Positions 9,186-18,687 of a stretch of 38,700 nt of DNA are shown here, piece after piece. The stretch comes from a virus. Its lineage: Duplodnaviria > Caudoviricetes. Location: IMG/VR virus record IMGVR_UViG_3300037423_002015, positions 1 through 38,700 of that record; one strand, written 5' to 3'. The notes beneath the pieces were generated by a model. It was not told where the DNA came from, did not search any database, and saw only the letters and a program-made list of their open reading frames with translations. The translations under genes were made by a program, and so were the position numbers. Numbering within the stretch: position 1 is the stretch's first letter; every line of letters begins with the position of its first letter.

Positions 9186-11108
9186 ATGCAGCGCCTAAAG
9201 ATCGGCAGACAGTTACGTGGTTACGCGGCTTCGGCTAAGGACATGAAGCTCGATCCCGAAACTCGCATGATCACTTTTCCGTTCTCTTCCGAACTACCGG
9301 TGGAGAGGTGGTTCGGAAATGAGATTCTTTCGCACGCTAATGGAGCGTGTGATCTCAGTCGATTCTCCGACGGCGCGCAAATGCTTTTCAATCACGGCAT
9401 GAATCAGTACATCGGCGTGATCGAGAAGTCATGGATTGGCGACGATAAGCGTGGCTGGGTGACGGTTCGTTTCTCCAAAGCTGGTCTGGGCGACCAGATC
9501 ATGAAAGACGTTGAAGATGGGATCATTCGCAACGTCAGCTTTGGCTACATCATCCGGGAAATGGATCTGACCACAAAGCGCGATGACGGACCAAGCGATT
9601 ACACCGCGACGGATTGGGAGCCATATGAAGTCAGCTTCGTAACGGTTCCTGCAGACCCAACCGTCGGCGTTGGGCGCTCCATCGATGATGGAATCGAGAT
9701 CGCCGACACGCTGGTTCGCAATCTTGAACAAAAAATAGAAACACCGGCCCCCACGGCCGATTCAAAGGGAGCACGAAAAATGGAAACACAAACGGTTGAG
9801 CAGGTGGACAAACAGGCCGTGGCGTTGGAAGCTGCCAAAGCCGAACGCGAGCGCGCCGCTGCGATCTCCGCTTTGGGAGACAAATATGGAAAACGCGACT
9901 TGGCACAGAAGCTGATCGCTGACGGTGCTGACCTTGGGTCCGCCCGCGGAGCTTTCCTTGAGGCGCTGGGCGCTAAAGCGGTTCCGGTTGCACAGGACAA
10001 CGGTGTTCTGGATCTCTCCGAAAAGGAAAAGCGCTCGTACAGCGTGATTCGCGCTTTAAACGCGTCAGTTTCCGGCGACTGGTCGAAAGCTGGCTTCGAG
10101 CGTGAGTGCTCGCTGGAAATTGCGAAACGGGCCGGTAAAGAGACCCAAGGCTTCTTCCTGCCGACGAATATTAACATGGGCGGCCAGCGCTCGGCCTATA
10201 ACGCCACGGGAGGCACGGCGAACCAAGGTGCGAACATCGTTGCAACCAACCTGATGGCTGGTGACTTCATCGAATTGCTCCGCAACAAGATGGTGGTCCT
10301 GCAGCTCGGCGCGAAAATGTTGTCCGGCCTGGTTGGCAACGTTGCGATCCCGAAGCAAACTGCGCAGACGGTTGCTTACTGGGTGACTGAAGGTTCGGCC
10401 GTGACTGAGGACGAAAGCATGACCTTCGGACTCGTGACCTTGTCTCCGAAAACCATCGGTGCTCGCTCGCAGATCACCCGTCAAATGCTGCTTCAATCAA
10501 CGCCCGACATCGAAATGCTGGTCCGTAACGACCTCGCCACGGTGCTTGCATTGGGCATCGACAAAGCTTGCATCAACGGCTCGGGCTCCAGCGGTCAACC
10601 CACTGGGATCCTGAACCAAAGCGGAATCGGTTCAGTGGTCGGTGGCACGAACGGTGCCAACGTCTCGATCAACAACTTCATCGACCTGGAAACTGCAGTG
10701 GCGGTTGCGAACGCAGATGTCGCGAACCTCGCGTACCTCACCAATCCGAAAGTCATCGGTTCGACCAAGAAATTGGTCAGCACGACCGGTCAGTTCTTGT
10801 GGACGCAAGACCCCGTGGGCGGCCGAAGCGCTACGCCGGGTTCGATCAATGGTTATCCTGTTGCTCGTACGAACCAAGTGCCCTCCAACCTTACCAAGGG
10901 TACCAGCTCGGGCGTTTGCTCGGCGATCATCTTCGGTAACTGGAGCGACTTGCTTATCGGTGAGTGGGGCGTCCTCGAGATCCTGCCCAACCCGTATGGC
11001 GCTGGATTCACCGCCGGTTCTCTTGATATCCGTGCCCTCCAAAGCCTGGATATCCAAGTCCGCCACGCGGAAAGCTTCGCCGCGATGACCGACGCGTTGA
11101 CGCCCTAA
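9186..11108 (+). CDS. Fused prohead protease-scaffold-major capsid protein (HK97 fold)
   Basis: N-terminal protease motifs (FSSE.PV.R, LFNH, VSFGY, EVSFVTVPAD.TVGVGR), an Ala-rich linker, then a capsid domain (YWV.EG, LSPKTIG, G.G...QPTGILN, IFGNWS). Confidence 0.93.
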   Translation: MQRLKIGRQLRGYAASAKDMKLDPETRMITFPFSSELPVERWFGNEILSHANGACDLSRFSDGAQMLFNHGMNQYIGVIEKSWIGDDKRGWVTVRFSKAGLGDQIMKDVEDGIIRNVSFGYIIREMDLTTKRDDGPSDYTATDWEPYEVSFVTVPADPTVGVGRSIDDGIEIADTLVRNLEQKIETPAPTADSKGARKMETQTVEQVDKQAVALEAAKAERERAAAISALGDKYGKRDLAQKLIADGADLGSARGAFLEALGAKAVPVAQDNGVLDLSEKEKRSYSVIRALNASVSGDWSKAGFERECSLEIAKRAGKETQGFFLPTNINMGGQRSAYNATGGTANQGANIVATNLMAGDFIELLRNKMVVLQLGAKMLSGLVGNVAIPKQTAQTVAYWVTEGSAVTEDESMTFGLVTLSPKTIGARSQITRQMLLQSTPDIEMLVRNDLATVLALGIDKACINGSGSSGQPTGILNQSGIGSVVGGTNGANVSINNFIDLETAVAVANADVANLAYLTNPKVIGSTKKLVSTTGQFLWTQDPVGGRSATPGSINGYPVARTNQVPSNLTKGTSSGVCSAIIFGNWSDLLIGEWGVLEILPNPYGAGFTAGSLDIRALQSLDIQVRHAESFAAMTDALTP

Positions 11109-11131
11109 TAGGGCGTTGATTCCTGAATCCC

Positions 11132-11163
11132 AAAAGGGGGAGGGTATTGCCCCTCCCTTTTTT
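11132..11163 (+). terminator. Rho-independent terminator after the capsid gene
   Basis: GGGAGGG-TATTGC-CCCTCCC stem-loop followed by TTTTTT and preceded by AAAA. Confidence 0.85.
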
Positions 11164-11185
11164 ATTTAAGGCAAAGGAGCCTGGC

Positions 11186-11461
11186 ATGAAGAAGAAATAT
11201 CTATTGCGCGAGGGTTTTAGCGCAAAGCTCGGCAAAGATGTGCATCTTGGCCCGAAGGAACTTGAGCTCGACACAAACGAATTCAAGGCGCACCAGCACA
11301 AACTCGAACTCATCGGCGGCGATGGCGATTTAATGAGCAACGAAGATGCTCAGGAACTGGTCGATTCTGGGGAAGCTGAGATTCCGGGGGACGCCGTGGT
11401 GGATGGAGATGGAGTAGAGCTTGAAAAAGGCGGAAAGAAAAAGAAGGGCAACCGGGCATAG
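11186..11461 (+). CDS. Small head-associated protein (gpFI position)
   Basis: AAGGAG SD before ATG 11186. Immediately follows the capsid gene. Confidence 0.6.
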   Translation: MKKKYLLREGFSAKLGKDVHLGPKELELDTNEFKAHQHKLELIGGDGDLMSNEDAQELVDSGEAEIPGDAVVDGDGVELEKGGKKKKGNRA

Positions 11462-11743
11462 ATGGCTGAGGATTTGACAGTATTTTTTCAGGACGATCTG
11501 ATCACGGTCTCTGTCACCTTCAATGGTGTGGATACCCGTGGCATATTGGATGAACCGGATTCGTTCATCGCGAACAACACCGTCGAGTCGACTGATTATA
11601 CACTACTCATTCCTACGGGCGCCTTCACGTCCGCCCCGAAGTTTGGCGACACGATCACCGTCGATGGCGACATTTACACGGTAAACACGAACGCAAAGAT
11701 TGATGACGGGAAGCTTTCACGGCTGGGGTTAAGTAAGACATGA
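11462..11743 (+). CDS. Head-tail joining protein (gpFII-like)
   Basis: Size, position and the GDTITVDG..YTV.....DDG beta-rich pattern. Confidence 0.8.
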   Translation: MAEDLTVFFQDDLITVSVTFNGVDTRGILDEPDSFIANNTVESTDYTLLIPTGAFTSAPKFGDTITVDGDIYTVNTNAKIDDGKLSRLGLSKT

Positions 11744-12165
11744 GCACGAAACGTGAACAAATCATGTTGGCGCTGAAAGCTAAGCTGGATTCGATGTCAC
11801 CAGCCCCAGCCGGCGGAGTTTCGCGCACTCGCGTTTATGCGTTTGACCGGGCAAGCCTTCCCGCCGTCACGATTGAACCAATCTCTGACGACCCCAGTGA
11901 GGGCCCGATTCCATATGTCGACTGGGACCTTCTCGTGCGGATCGCCGTCGTGGTTCGTGGCAATGCGCCCGACTCTTTGGCCGATCCAATCGCAGAACAG
12001 GTGCACGCGGCCGTGATGTCCGATCAAACGCTTGGGGGACTCGCGATGGACGTGGAACCAGCGTCGGCAAAGTTTGAGTTTCACCCTGGGGATTTGCCCA
12101 CTGCGATCGTTTCCCTTGGTTTTCGGATTTCGTATCGGACTTTGAATACTGATTTGAGTCAATAA
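11740..12165 (+). CDS. Tail terminator (gpU-like)
   Basis: REQI..AL, LPAV.I, D.TLGGLA and terminal ISYRT. Precedes the tail tube gene. Confidence 0.8.
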   Translation: MSTKREQIMLALKAKLDSMSPAPAGGVSRTRVYAFDRASLPAVTIEPISDDPSEGPIPYVDWDLLVRIAVVVRGNAPDSLADPIAEQVHAAVMSDQTLGGLAMDVEPASAKFEFHPGDLPTAIVSLGFRISYRTLNTDLSQ

Positions 12166-12182
12166 ATTTACAGGAGTTCCAA

Positions 12183-13322
12183 ATGTCACTTTTAACTCGC
12201 AAACGCACAGTCCTCGCAAAGATCGAATCTGTCTACGGTACCGATCCGACTCCTACCGGTTCCGCAAACGCGATGCTGGTGACGAACTTGAACTTTAACC
12301 CGGTGCAGGCATCGCAGGTCTCGCGCGACCTGATTCGGCCCTACCTTGGTAACTCCGAATCGCTCCTGGCGGAAAAATACGTCCAGGTATCTTTCGAAGT
12401 CGAAATGGCGGGAGCCGGCGCAGCGGGATCTATTCCGGCCTACGATTGTCTTCTGCGCGCCTGCGCGATGACCAAAGCGGTAAACACTGCCGCAATCACC
12501 TCGCTTACCCAAACCGGCGGCGTGGCCACAGCAGCTTTGACGGCGCATGGTTACAACGTTGGCGACAAAGTCCTAATTTCAGGCGCTTCTGTCTCGGCTT
12601 ATAACGGCGTGCAGACGATCACTGCGAAAACGACGAACACCTTTAGCTTCACGGTGCCGGGCGGAACGACCACGCCAGATGCTGGTACTCCCGTGGTCAA
12701 CACATCGGTGGTTTATTCGCCGGTCAGCTCATCCTTTGAGTCGGTCACGATCTATTACAATGTGGATGGCGTACTCCATAAAATGGTTGGCGCAATGGGA
12801 AATGTCGAACTCAATCTGGCAGTGAAGAACATCCCCCGCTTCAAGTTCACATTCACTGGTCTCTATGTTTCGCCGGCCGATGTCGTAGCGCCGTCGGTTG
12901 ATTATTCCGCCTTCCAAATTCCGTTTGTGGCGAACACCCAGAATACCCCTGGCTTCTCGCTTTTCAGTTACAGCGGAAACATGGAATCGATGGCGCTTCA
13001 GATCGCCAATGATGTGCAATACATCCCGCTGATTGGAACGGAGAGCGTCAAGATTTTAGATCGTAAACCGGCGGGCACTCTGGTTTTCGAGGCCCCCACT
13101 ATCACGTCGAAGGACTTTTTTAGCCTCGTTGCGAACCAGACGAAAGGTGCCGTGCAAATCAAACACGGAACAGTCGCGGGTCAAATGGTGCAATTCGACG
13201 CGCCTGCGGCGTTGTTAGGCAACCCCACCTATCAGGATTCGAACGGCGTGCAGATGCTGTCGACTCCGTTCACCTTGAACCCGGTTTCTGGGAACGATGA
13301 ATTTACGATCACGATCAAGTAA
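12183..13322 (+). CDS. Major tail tube protein with inserted beta domain
   Basis: LAKIES.YGTDP.P, RDLIRPYLG, LLRAC and C-terminal GNDEFTI. CAGGAG SD. Confidence 0.9.
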   Translation: MSLLTRKRTVLAKIESVYGTDPTPTGSANAMLVTNLNFNPVQASQVSRDLIRPYLGNSESLLAEKYVQVSFEVEMAGAGAAGSIPAYDCLLRACAMTKAVNTAAITSLTQTGGVATAALTAHGYNVGDKVLISGASVSAYNGVQTITAKTTNTFSFTVPGGTTTPDAGTPVVNTSVVYSPVSSSFESVTIYYNVDGVLHKMVGAMGNVELNLAVKNIPRFKFTFTGLYVSPADVVAPSVDYSAFQIPFVANTQNTPGFSLFSYSGNMESMALQIANDVQYIPLIGTESVKILDRKPAGTLVFEAPTITSKDFFSLVANQTKGAVQIKHGTVAGQMVQFDAPAALLGNPTYQDSNGVQMLSTPFTLNPVSGNDEFTITIK

Positions 13323-13373
13323 TTGACGGCCGCGCCGCCGAGCTGGTGCGCGGCCATTGAATTGGAGGGAGCT

Positions 13374-13709
13374 TTGGCGTTTGTTTTAAAAAAGGGCGGC
13401 ACGTTTGTATGGCCGGTCAAAATTGAGATTCCTGTCTCGGGCGGAAAATTTGAGAAGTCGACCTTTGACGCCGAATTTAAGCGTCTCGAGAATTCGCGCG
13501 TGCGTGAAATGCTCGAGGACAAGAACATGACCGATTCTGGTTTTGCAAACGATGTCCTCGTTGGTTGGACGGGAATCAAGGATGAGGCTGGCGACGATGT
13601 CGCGTATAGCGAACAGGCAAAGCGAGATGTTTTGGAAGTCCCGGGCTTGGCGAAGGTTGTGGTACTGGCGTTCTTGGATGCGATTGCGGGGGCGAAGGCA
13701 AAAAACTGA
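13374..13709 (+). CDS. Tail assembly chaperone gpG
   Basis: GGAGGGA SD with TTG start. FDAEFKRL, LVGWTGIKD; ends AKN-stop on a slippery site. Confidence 0.85.
   Translation: MAFVLKKGGTFVWPVKIEIPVSGGKFEKSTFDAEFKRLENSRVREMLEDKNMTDSGFANDVLVGWTGIKDEAGDDVAYSEQAKRDVLEVPGLAKVVVLAFLDAIAGAKAKN
13700..13706 (+). other. Programmed -1 ribosomal frameshift site (A AAA AAC) producing gpGT
   Basis: X XXY YYZ heptamer at the end of gpG. The -1 frame reads LIEAAKAWVTGDHG... continuously into ORF 13766..14050. Confidence 0.85.
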
Positions 13710-14050
13710 TTGAGGCCGCCAAGGCATGGGTAACTGGCGATCACGGTAAGCCCGATGATACCCAGTTGTCAGAAGATTTGGCGGTCCTAGGCCTTCCAGC
13801 AGAGATTATGCCTGAGACCGAAGTGAAAAACTTCGAAGTTTTTGAGGAAAACTGGGCCACCGTTGAAATCTTCTGTCGGTTGGCGACCCAGTGGAATTGG
13901 GGAGCAGTGGGAGGATGCTTGGGGCTCAATTATCAGTCTGTCGAGTTCGTTATGAATCTCTACAAACCGGACGAACCTAAAAGCGTTTTTAAAGACCTTC
14001 AGATCATGGAATCCGCGGCTCTTGAGATTTTCAACGAGAAAAAGGCGTAA
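13706..14050 (+). CDS. gpT portion of the G-T chaperone fusion (DUF1799-like)
   Basis: ENW.TV..F..L.TQW...GLNY..V...DLQIME..AL. Reached by frameshift. Confidence 0.8.
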   Translation: MIEAAKAWVTGDHGKPDDTQLSEDLAVLGLPAEIMPETEVKNFEVFEENWATVEIFCRLATQWNWGAVGGCLGLNYQSVEFVMNLYKPDEPKSVFKDLQIMESAALEIFNEKKA

Positions 14051-14053
14051 AGA

Positions 14054-16273
14054 ATGGGTGTCAGTACCTCAGACTTACAATTTCGAGTTCTGGCGAGTGT
14101 CGTCGGCGCGCAGGCGCTAGATCAGCTCAACGGACAAATGAAGAACCTCCAGAATGCGTCGAATTCTCTTTCGAGCGGCCTAAAACTCATCGCCACCTAT
14201 TTCAGCGGGCAACAGGCGGTCGCGTACGGAAAGAGCATATTGGACACCGCCGACACGTATCAGAAGCTCTCCGAAAAAACTGGCCTGGCGGTCTCAACAA
14301 TCGCAGAGTTCGCCGGCGGCGCTGAGGCGGCCGACGTGCCGCTTGAAGGCCTGGCAAAAGGATTAAACCGACTGGGCCTCAATATCGTTGAGGCGGCGAA
14401 TGGAAACAAGGAGCTAGCCGGGACATTTGCAGGCCTTGGGATTACCCTCAAGGATTCGAACGGCAATCTGAAGAACGCTGGCGACGTGACGAAAGATTTG
14501 GCCGATAAGTTTTCTCGGCTGCGCGATGGTCCCGAGAAATCCGCAATCGCGATCAAGCTTTTCGGCAAAGCTGGAGCCGACCTAATTCCGTTCCTCGATC
14601 AGGGCTCTGAGTCGGTCGAACGATTTTCACTCGCGATCGACCAGGATTTTGCATCCAGAGCCGAAGAATTCAACGACACGATCAAGGCCATTGGAGTTAA
14701 CCTGAAGAACGGAACCATCAGCTCTCTAAGAGAGCTACTTCCGCCGCTTCAGGAAATTGGCTCGGCCCTCGAGGAGTTCACAAAATCCGGGGGTGAATCC
14801 ACTGGATTCATGGAAGGCTTGGGTGAAGCCGCGCGCATTCTCGCGCTTGGTTTTGTTACCTCCTTCACTGCAATCAAGGAATCAATCGACGCCGCGATAA
14901 CTGGATTTCGAGAGGCAAAAGCATTTCTCTCGGGCAATAGCTCCGATGTAACTAAACTCGATGCGGACCTTCGCGCCAGGATTCAGGCGTCTGACGCAGC
15001 TGAGGCCAAATTTGCAGGTCGCCTGAGAAAGAACTCTCTACTTTTCGGAGCTGGAAGCGCATCGCAGATCCAGCAGCGTCAGGCAATTGAAACGCAGGCG
15101 GCAAACCGCAACCGTGGAGGCACGGCCAATACGGATGCGATCGGTGAGAATGCGAAAACACTTCAGGCCATGGACGAGCGGATCGCAAAGGTCAAGGCAG
15201 AGACACTGGCCGTGGATCAGTCAAATCAGCAGCGGCAGGCTGCGGCCCTAATTAGCGAGCTTGAGTCTAAGGGTATTAACGAGTCATCGAAATACTATGA
15301 AATTTACAAAAATAAGATCATAGACGCGTACACTGCGCTCGCGACCGCACAAGAGAGAGTGCAGGCTGACGACTTCCGTCGTCAACAGCGCGAGACCCTA
15401 GACGTCCAAATGCTGCAGCTGCAGAACTATGATATGTCCGCGGACGCTCTCCAGAAGTTGGTCGAAGCCAAGACTCTCGACAATCAGGCAACCGAGGCAT
15501 CTCGGAAGTTTACAGATGAGGGCCGCCAGGCGTACCTGGATGCGGCCGAAGCTGTAAAGCAGCAGAAGCTTGCACTGATTGATCTAAACCAGCAGCAAAA
15601 AGAGACGTGGTCCGTTGGTGCCAAGCAGGCATTCAGGGACTACCTCGACAACGCGAGAGACGTGGCGGCTCAAACCAAATCGCTTTTCACGGATGCATTT
15701 TCGAATATGGAAGATGCGTTGGTTAGTTTTGTCAAAACCGGCAAATTGAGTTTCACCCAATTCGCGGACGGCGTGGTCACTGACATCATTCGCATTCAGG
15801 TCCGAGCACTCCTTGCCCAAGCGGTTACCGGGGCGACCAACCTCTTTGCCGGCTTTATGGGAGGAATTTCGACGACTCCTGGTGGAACTGTCGCGGGTGG
15901 CGCAGGAGATGCTGGTGCCGCTGCAGGGGCCGTCTATTCCGCTAACGGCAACGTGGTCGGCCCCGGCGGCGCGTGGCCCTTGCGCAAATATGCCTCAGGT
16001 GGAATCGCCAGTTCGCCCCAAGTGTCGATATTTGGAGAGGGCTCTAAGCCCGAAGCCTATGTCCCACTGCAAGACGGTCGTACCATTCCCGTAACGGTCA
16101 AGGGTGCTGGCGGTGGCGATAGCACTTCAGTCTCTGTCACCGTGAACGTGGAGAAGGGGACAACCCAGACCCAATCCGATTCGGCGGTCGGCGCACAATT
16201 GGGCAAAAGCATTTCGGCCGCAGTCAGACAGGAATTGATCAATCAGAAGAGACCTGGAGGGCTGCTCGCGTGA
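14054..16273 (+). CDS. Tail tape measure protein, lambda type
   Basis: Long Ala-rich helical ORF with AIKLFGKAGADLIP, AF..MEDAL..FV.TGKL.F, FGE...EA..PL and terminal KRPGGLLA. Confidence 0.95.
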   Translation: MGVSTSDLQFRVLASVVGAQALDQLNGQMKNLQNASNSLSSGLKLIATYFSGQQAVAYGKSILDTADTYQKLSEKTGLAVSTIAEFAGGAEAADVPLEGLAKGLNRLGLNIVEAANGNKELAGTFAGLGITLKDSNGNLKNAGDVTKDLADKFSRLRDGPEKSAIAIKLFGKAGADLIPFLDQGSESVERFSLAIDQDFASRAEEFNDTIKAIGVNLKNGTISSLRELLPPLQEIGSALEEFTKSGGESTGFMEGLGEAARILALGFVTSFTAIKESIDAAITGFREAKAFLSGNSSDVTKLDADLRARIQASDAAEAKFAGRLRKNSLLFGAGSASQIQQRQAIETQAANRNRGGTANTDAIGENAKTLQAMDERIAKVKAETLAVDQSNQQRQAAALISELESKGINESSKYYEIYKNKIIDAYTALATAQERVQADDFRRQQRETLDVQMLQLQNYDMSADALQKLVEAKTLDNQATEASRKFTDEGRQAYLDAAEAVKQQKLALIDLNQQQKETWSVGAKQAFRDYLDNARDVAAQTKSLFTDAFSNMEDALVSFVKTGKLSFTQFADGVVTDIIRIQVRALLAQAVTGATNLFAGFMGGISTTPGGTVAGGAGDAGAAAGAVYSANGNVVGPGGAWPLRKYASGGIASSPQVSIFGEGSKPEAYVPLQDGRTIPVTVKGAGGGDSTSVSVTVNVEKGTTQTQSDSAVGAQLGKSISAAVRQELINQKRPGGLLA

Positions 16274-16614
16274 ATACATTTACGTGGATTCCCGATTTCG
16301 GATCCCCAAAATCAATCAAACCAAACGTCTCTACCATAAAGTTTGGCGATGGTTACGAACAGCGGCAGGCAAAAGGAATAAACTCTACACCGCAATCTTG
16401 GAAGCTTACCTTTTCCAATCGTGATGCGACTGAATCTGCGGCGATAAATTCGTTTCTGACGGGGCTTGGGGGAGTTTCTGCTTTCTTCTGGACTCCGCCA
16501 GGAGAATCAAACCCACTTGTATTCAAGTGTGCACTCGATGATTACACATACACCCCCCAAAGCGCTGCATATACGACTATCACAGCAACCTTCGACCAGG
16601 TGTTTGAATCATGA
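16270..16614 (+). CDS. Distal tail protein, lambda gpM-like
   Basis: FGDGYEQR...GIN, AFFWTPP, ATFDQVF. Confidence 0.93.
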   Translation: MNTFTWIPDFGSPKSIKPNVSTIKFGDGYEQRQAKGINSTPQSWKLTFSNRDATESAAINSFLTGLGGVSAFFWTPPGESNPLVFKCALDDYTYTPQSAAYTTITATFDQVFES

Positions 16615-17315
16615 GCACTATGCCGGAGTCCATTGCGTCTGAGATACAAAAGCTTGAGCCCAGTGCAATCATTACGCTCTTCGTGCTAGATGCAACCAAT
16701 GTCGGCGGGAGCGTGTTTAACTTCCATGCGGGCACAAATCAGCTGAATGGTAATGTGATCTGGCAGGGCGTTGAATATCAGCGTTTTCCGGTAGAGGCTT
16801 CCGGGTTCGATAAAAACGGCGGCGGACAGCTTCCGCGGCCGAAGTTTCGAGCAAGTAATTACCTATCGTCGATCTCGGCTTTACTAATCGAATACGGAGA
16901 TCTTTTGGGCGCGAAGGTAACGCGCAAGCGCACGCTCATGAAATATCTCGATGCCGTGAACTTTGTCGGGGGGGTAAATCCCACCGCGGATCCCACAGCA
17001 AGCTTCCCTGATGACATTTATTTTATCGATCAGAAAACGGCCGAAAATCGCGACGTGGTCGAATTTGAATTAGCAGCTGCGATCGACCTTGCGGGCGTTC
17101 AGTTGCCTCGAAGGCAGGTTGTTCAAAACGTTTGCCCTTGGATCTATCGTGGCTCTGATTGTGGGTATACGGGAACAGCCATGTACGACGCGAACGACAA
17201 GGCCACGACTAATTCGGCCAATGATAAATGCGGCAAACGTCTGGCAAGTTGCAAGGCGAGGTTCGGTTCTGGTGAACTCCCATTCGGAGGCTTCCCAGGG
17301 GCGGATCTGTATTGA
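16611..17315 (+). CDS. Minor tail protein gpL-like (Fe-S)
   Basis: WQG.EY..FP, KVTR.RT..KYLD and C-terminal C.W.YR...CGY...D.C.KRL..C..RF...FGGFP. Confidence 0.95.
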   Translation: MSTMPESIASEIQKLEPSAIITLFVLDATNVGGSVFNFHAGTNQLNGNVIWQGVEYQRFPVEASGFDKNGGGQLPRPKFRASNYLSSISALLIEYGDLLGAKVTRKRTLMKYLDAVNFVGGVNPTADPTASFPDDIYFIDQKTAENRDVVEFELAAAIDLAGVQLPRRQVVQNVCPWIYRGSDCGYTGTAMYDANDKATTNSANDKCGKRLASCKARFGSGELPFGGFPGADLY

Positions 17316-18025
17316 TGGAAGCCCGAAACCGAGAAATTTTTCTGGCGCACGCGATGAAGGCACTCCCAATGGAGGCCTGTGGCCTTCTCGTGGTTCTGCA
17401 TGGCAAGGAGCATCTCGTCTTGTGTCACAACCTTTCTGATCGTCGGGGTGAGTTTACAATCGACCCCAAAGACTATCGAAGTGCGGCTGAGCTGGGCGAC
17501 ATTATTGGCGTGGTTCATTCGCATTGCTTCACGCCGCCCACGCCGAGTGATGCTGATTTGGCGGCATGTGAGGCCACAAACGTACCTTGGGTCATTTGCT
17601 CGGTTCCAAACGCAACCTGGTTTGAGTTCAACCCATCCGGCTATCGCGCTCCATTGGTCGGCCGCAGTTGGGCACACGGGGTACATGATTGTTACAATCT
17701 CGCCTGTGATTATTATCGAGAGAAATTTGGGGCTGAGCTTCCCCATTTTCATCGTGAATATGAGTGGTTCAAAAAGGGCTTCGATCTATATTGCCGCGAG
17801 AACTGGGAACGGGCGGGTTTTACTGAAATTGATCTCAGTGATCTCCAAGAGCACGATGCAATCTTGATGCAGATGCATTCGCCGGTGATCAATCACGTCG
17901 GAATTTATCTGGGAAATAATCTGATGTTACATCAGATGACCCATCGCCTTTCGACTCGAGATATATACTCTGGATATTTCCAGCGTCACACTGTACGCGC
18001 ATTGCGGTTTGGAGGTGTGAAGTGA
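17312..18025 (+). CDS. Tail assembly protein gpK-like (JAB + NlpC/P60)
   Basis: P.EACG, VHSH....PS..D, G..DCY, NHVGIYLG...LH. Confidence 0.95.
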   Translation: MMEARNREIFLAHAMKALPMEACGLLVVLHGKEHLVLCHNLSDRRGEFTIDPKDYRSAAELGDIIGVVHSHCFTPPTPSDADLAACEATNVPWVICSVPNATWFEFNPSGYRAPLVGRSWAHGVHDCYNLACDYYREKFGAELPHFHREYEWFKKGFDLYCRENWERAGFTEIDLSDLQEHDAILMQMHSPVINHVGIYLGNNLMLHQMTHRLSTRDIYSGYFQRHTVRALRFGGVK

Positions 18026-18687
18026 GGACCATCAAACTACATGGCGAGCTTGGCCGAATGTTCGGTGAGATTCACCGATTCAATATAAGTTCACCCGCTG
18101 AAGCAGTACGAGCGCTATGCGCGAATTTTCCAAAGTTCAGATCATATTTACTTGGCAGCCACCTAAAGCAAATCGGTTTTCAGGTGCTAGTAGACGATGT
18201 GGCCATTGATCAGCCTGAACTCGCGCATCCGTTTAGCCGAACAATTGAATTTGTTCCGATAATAATTGGGGCCGATTCGGCGGGCACAAAAACTCTGATC
18301 GGTGCCGTATTAATCGCTGCGGCGGTAGTAATCGGAGTGGGCTCTGGTGGTGCTGCCGGCACGGTCGCTGGGGTACTGTTGAACGTTGGCGTGGGATTCA
18401 TCGCGGGCGGCATACTTCAGGCGATGACCCCTGTGCCTCACTCAGCCGATGCGCCACAGGAGGATTCACGAAATACACCTAGCTATGTCTTCAGTGGGCC
18501 CGTAAATACGACGGCCCAGCGGCAACCGATTCCGGTTGGCTACGGGCGCATGATCGTAGGCTCGGCCGTTATCTCTGCGGGCATATCCACTGAAGATATC
18601 ACGGCGTCAACGCTAATCACGCCCGAACTATTTACTGCCGCTGACGACACGCAATCAGACTATTCGCCAGGATCGGACCGCACATGA
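18022..18687 (+). CDS. Tail assembly protein gpI-like
   Basis: I.L.G.LG..FG, SPAEAVRAL, SY.FSGPVNT..Q..PIPV.YG...VGS.VIS. Confidence 0.93.
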   Translation: MRTIKLHGELGRMFGEIHRFNISSPAEAVRALCANFPKFRSYLLGSHLKQIGFQVLVDDVAIDQPELAHPFSRTIEFVPIIIGADSAGTKTLIGAVLIAAAVVIGVGSGGAAGTVAGVLLNVGVGFIAGGILQAMTPVPHSADAPQEDSRNTPSYVFSGPVNTTAQRQPIPVGYGRMIVGSAVISAGISTEDITASTLITPELFTAADDTQSDYSPGSDRT

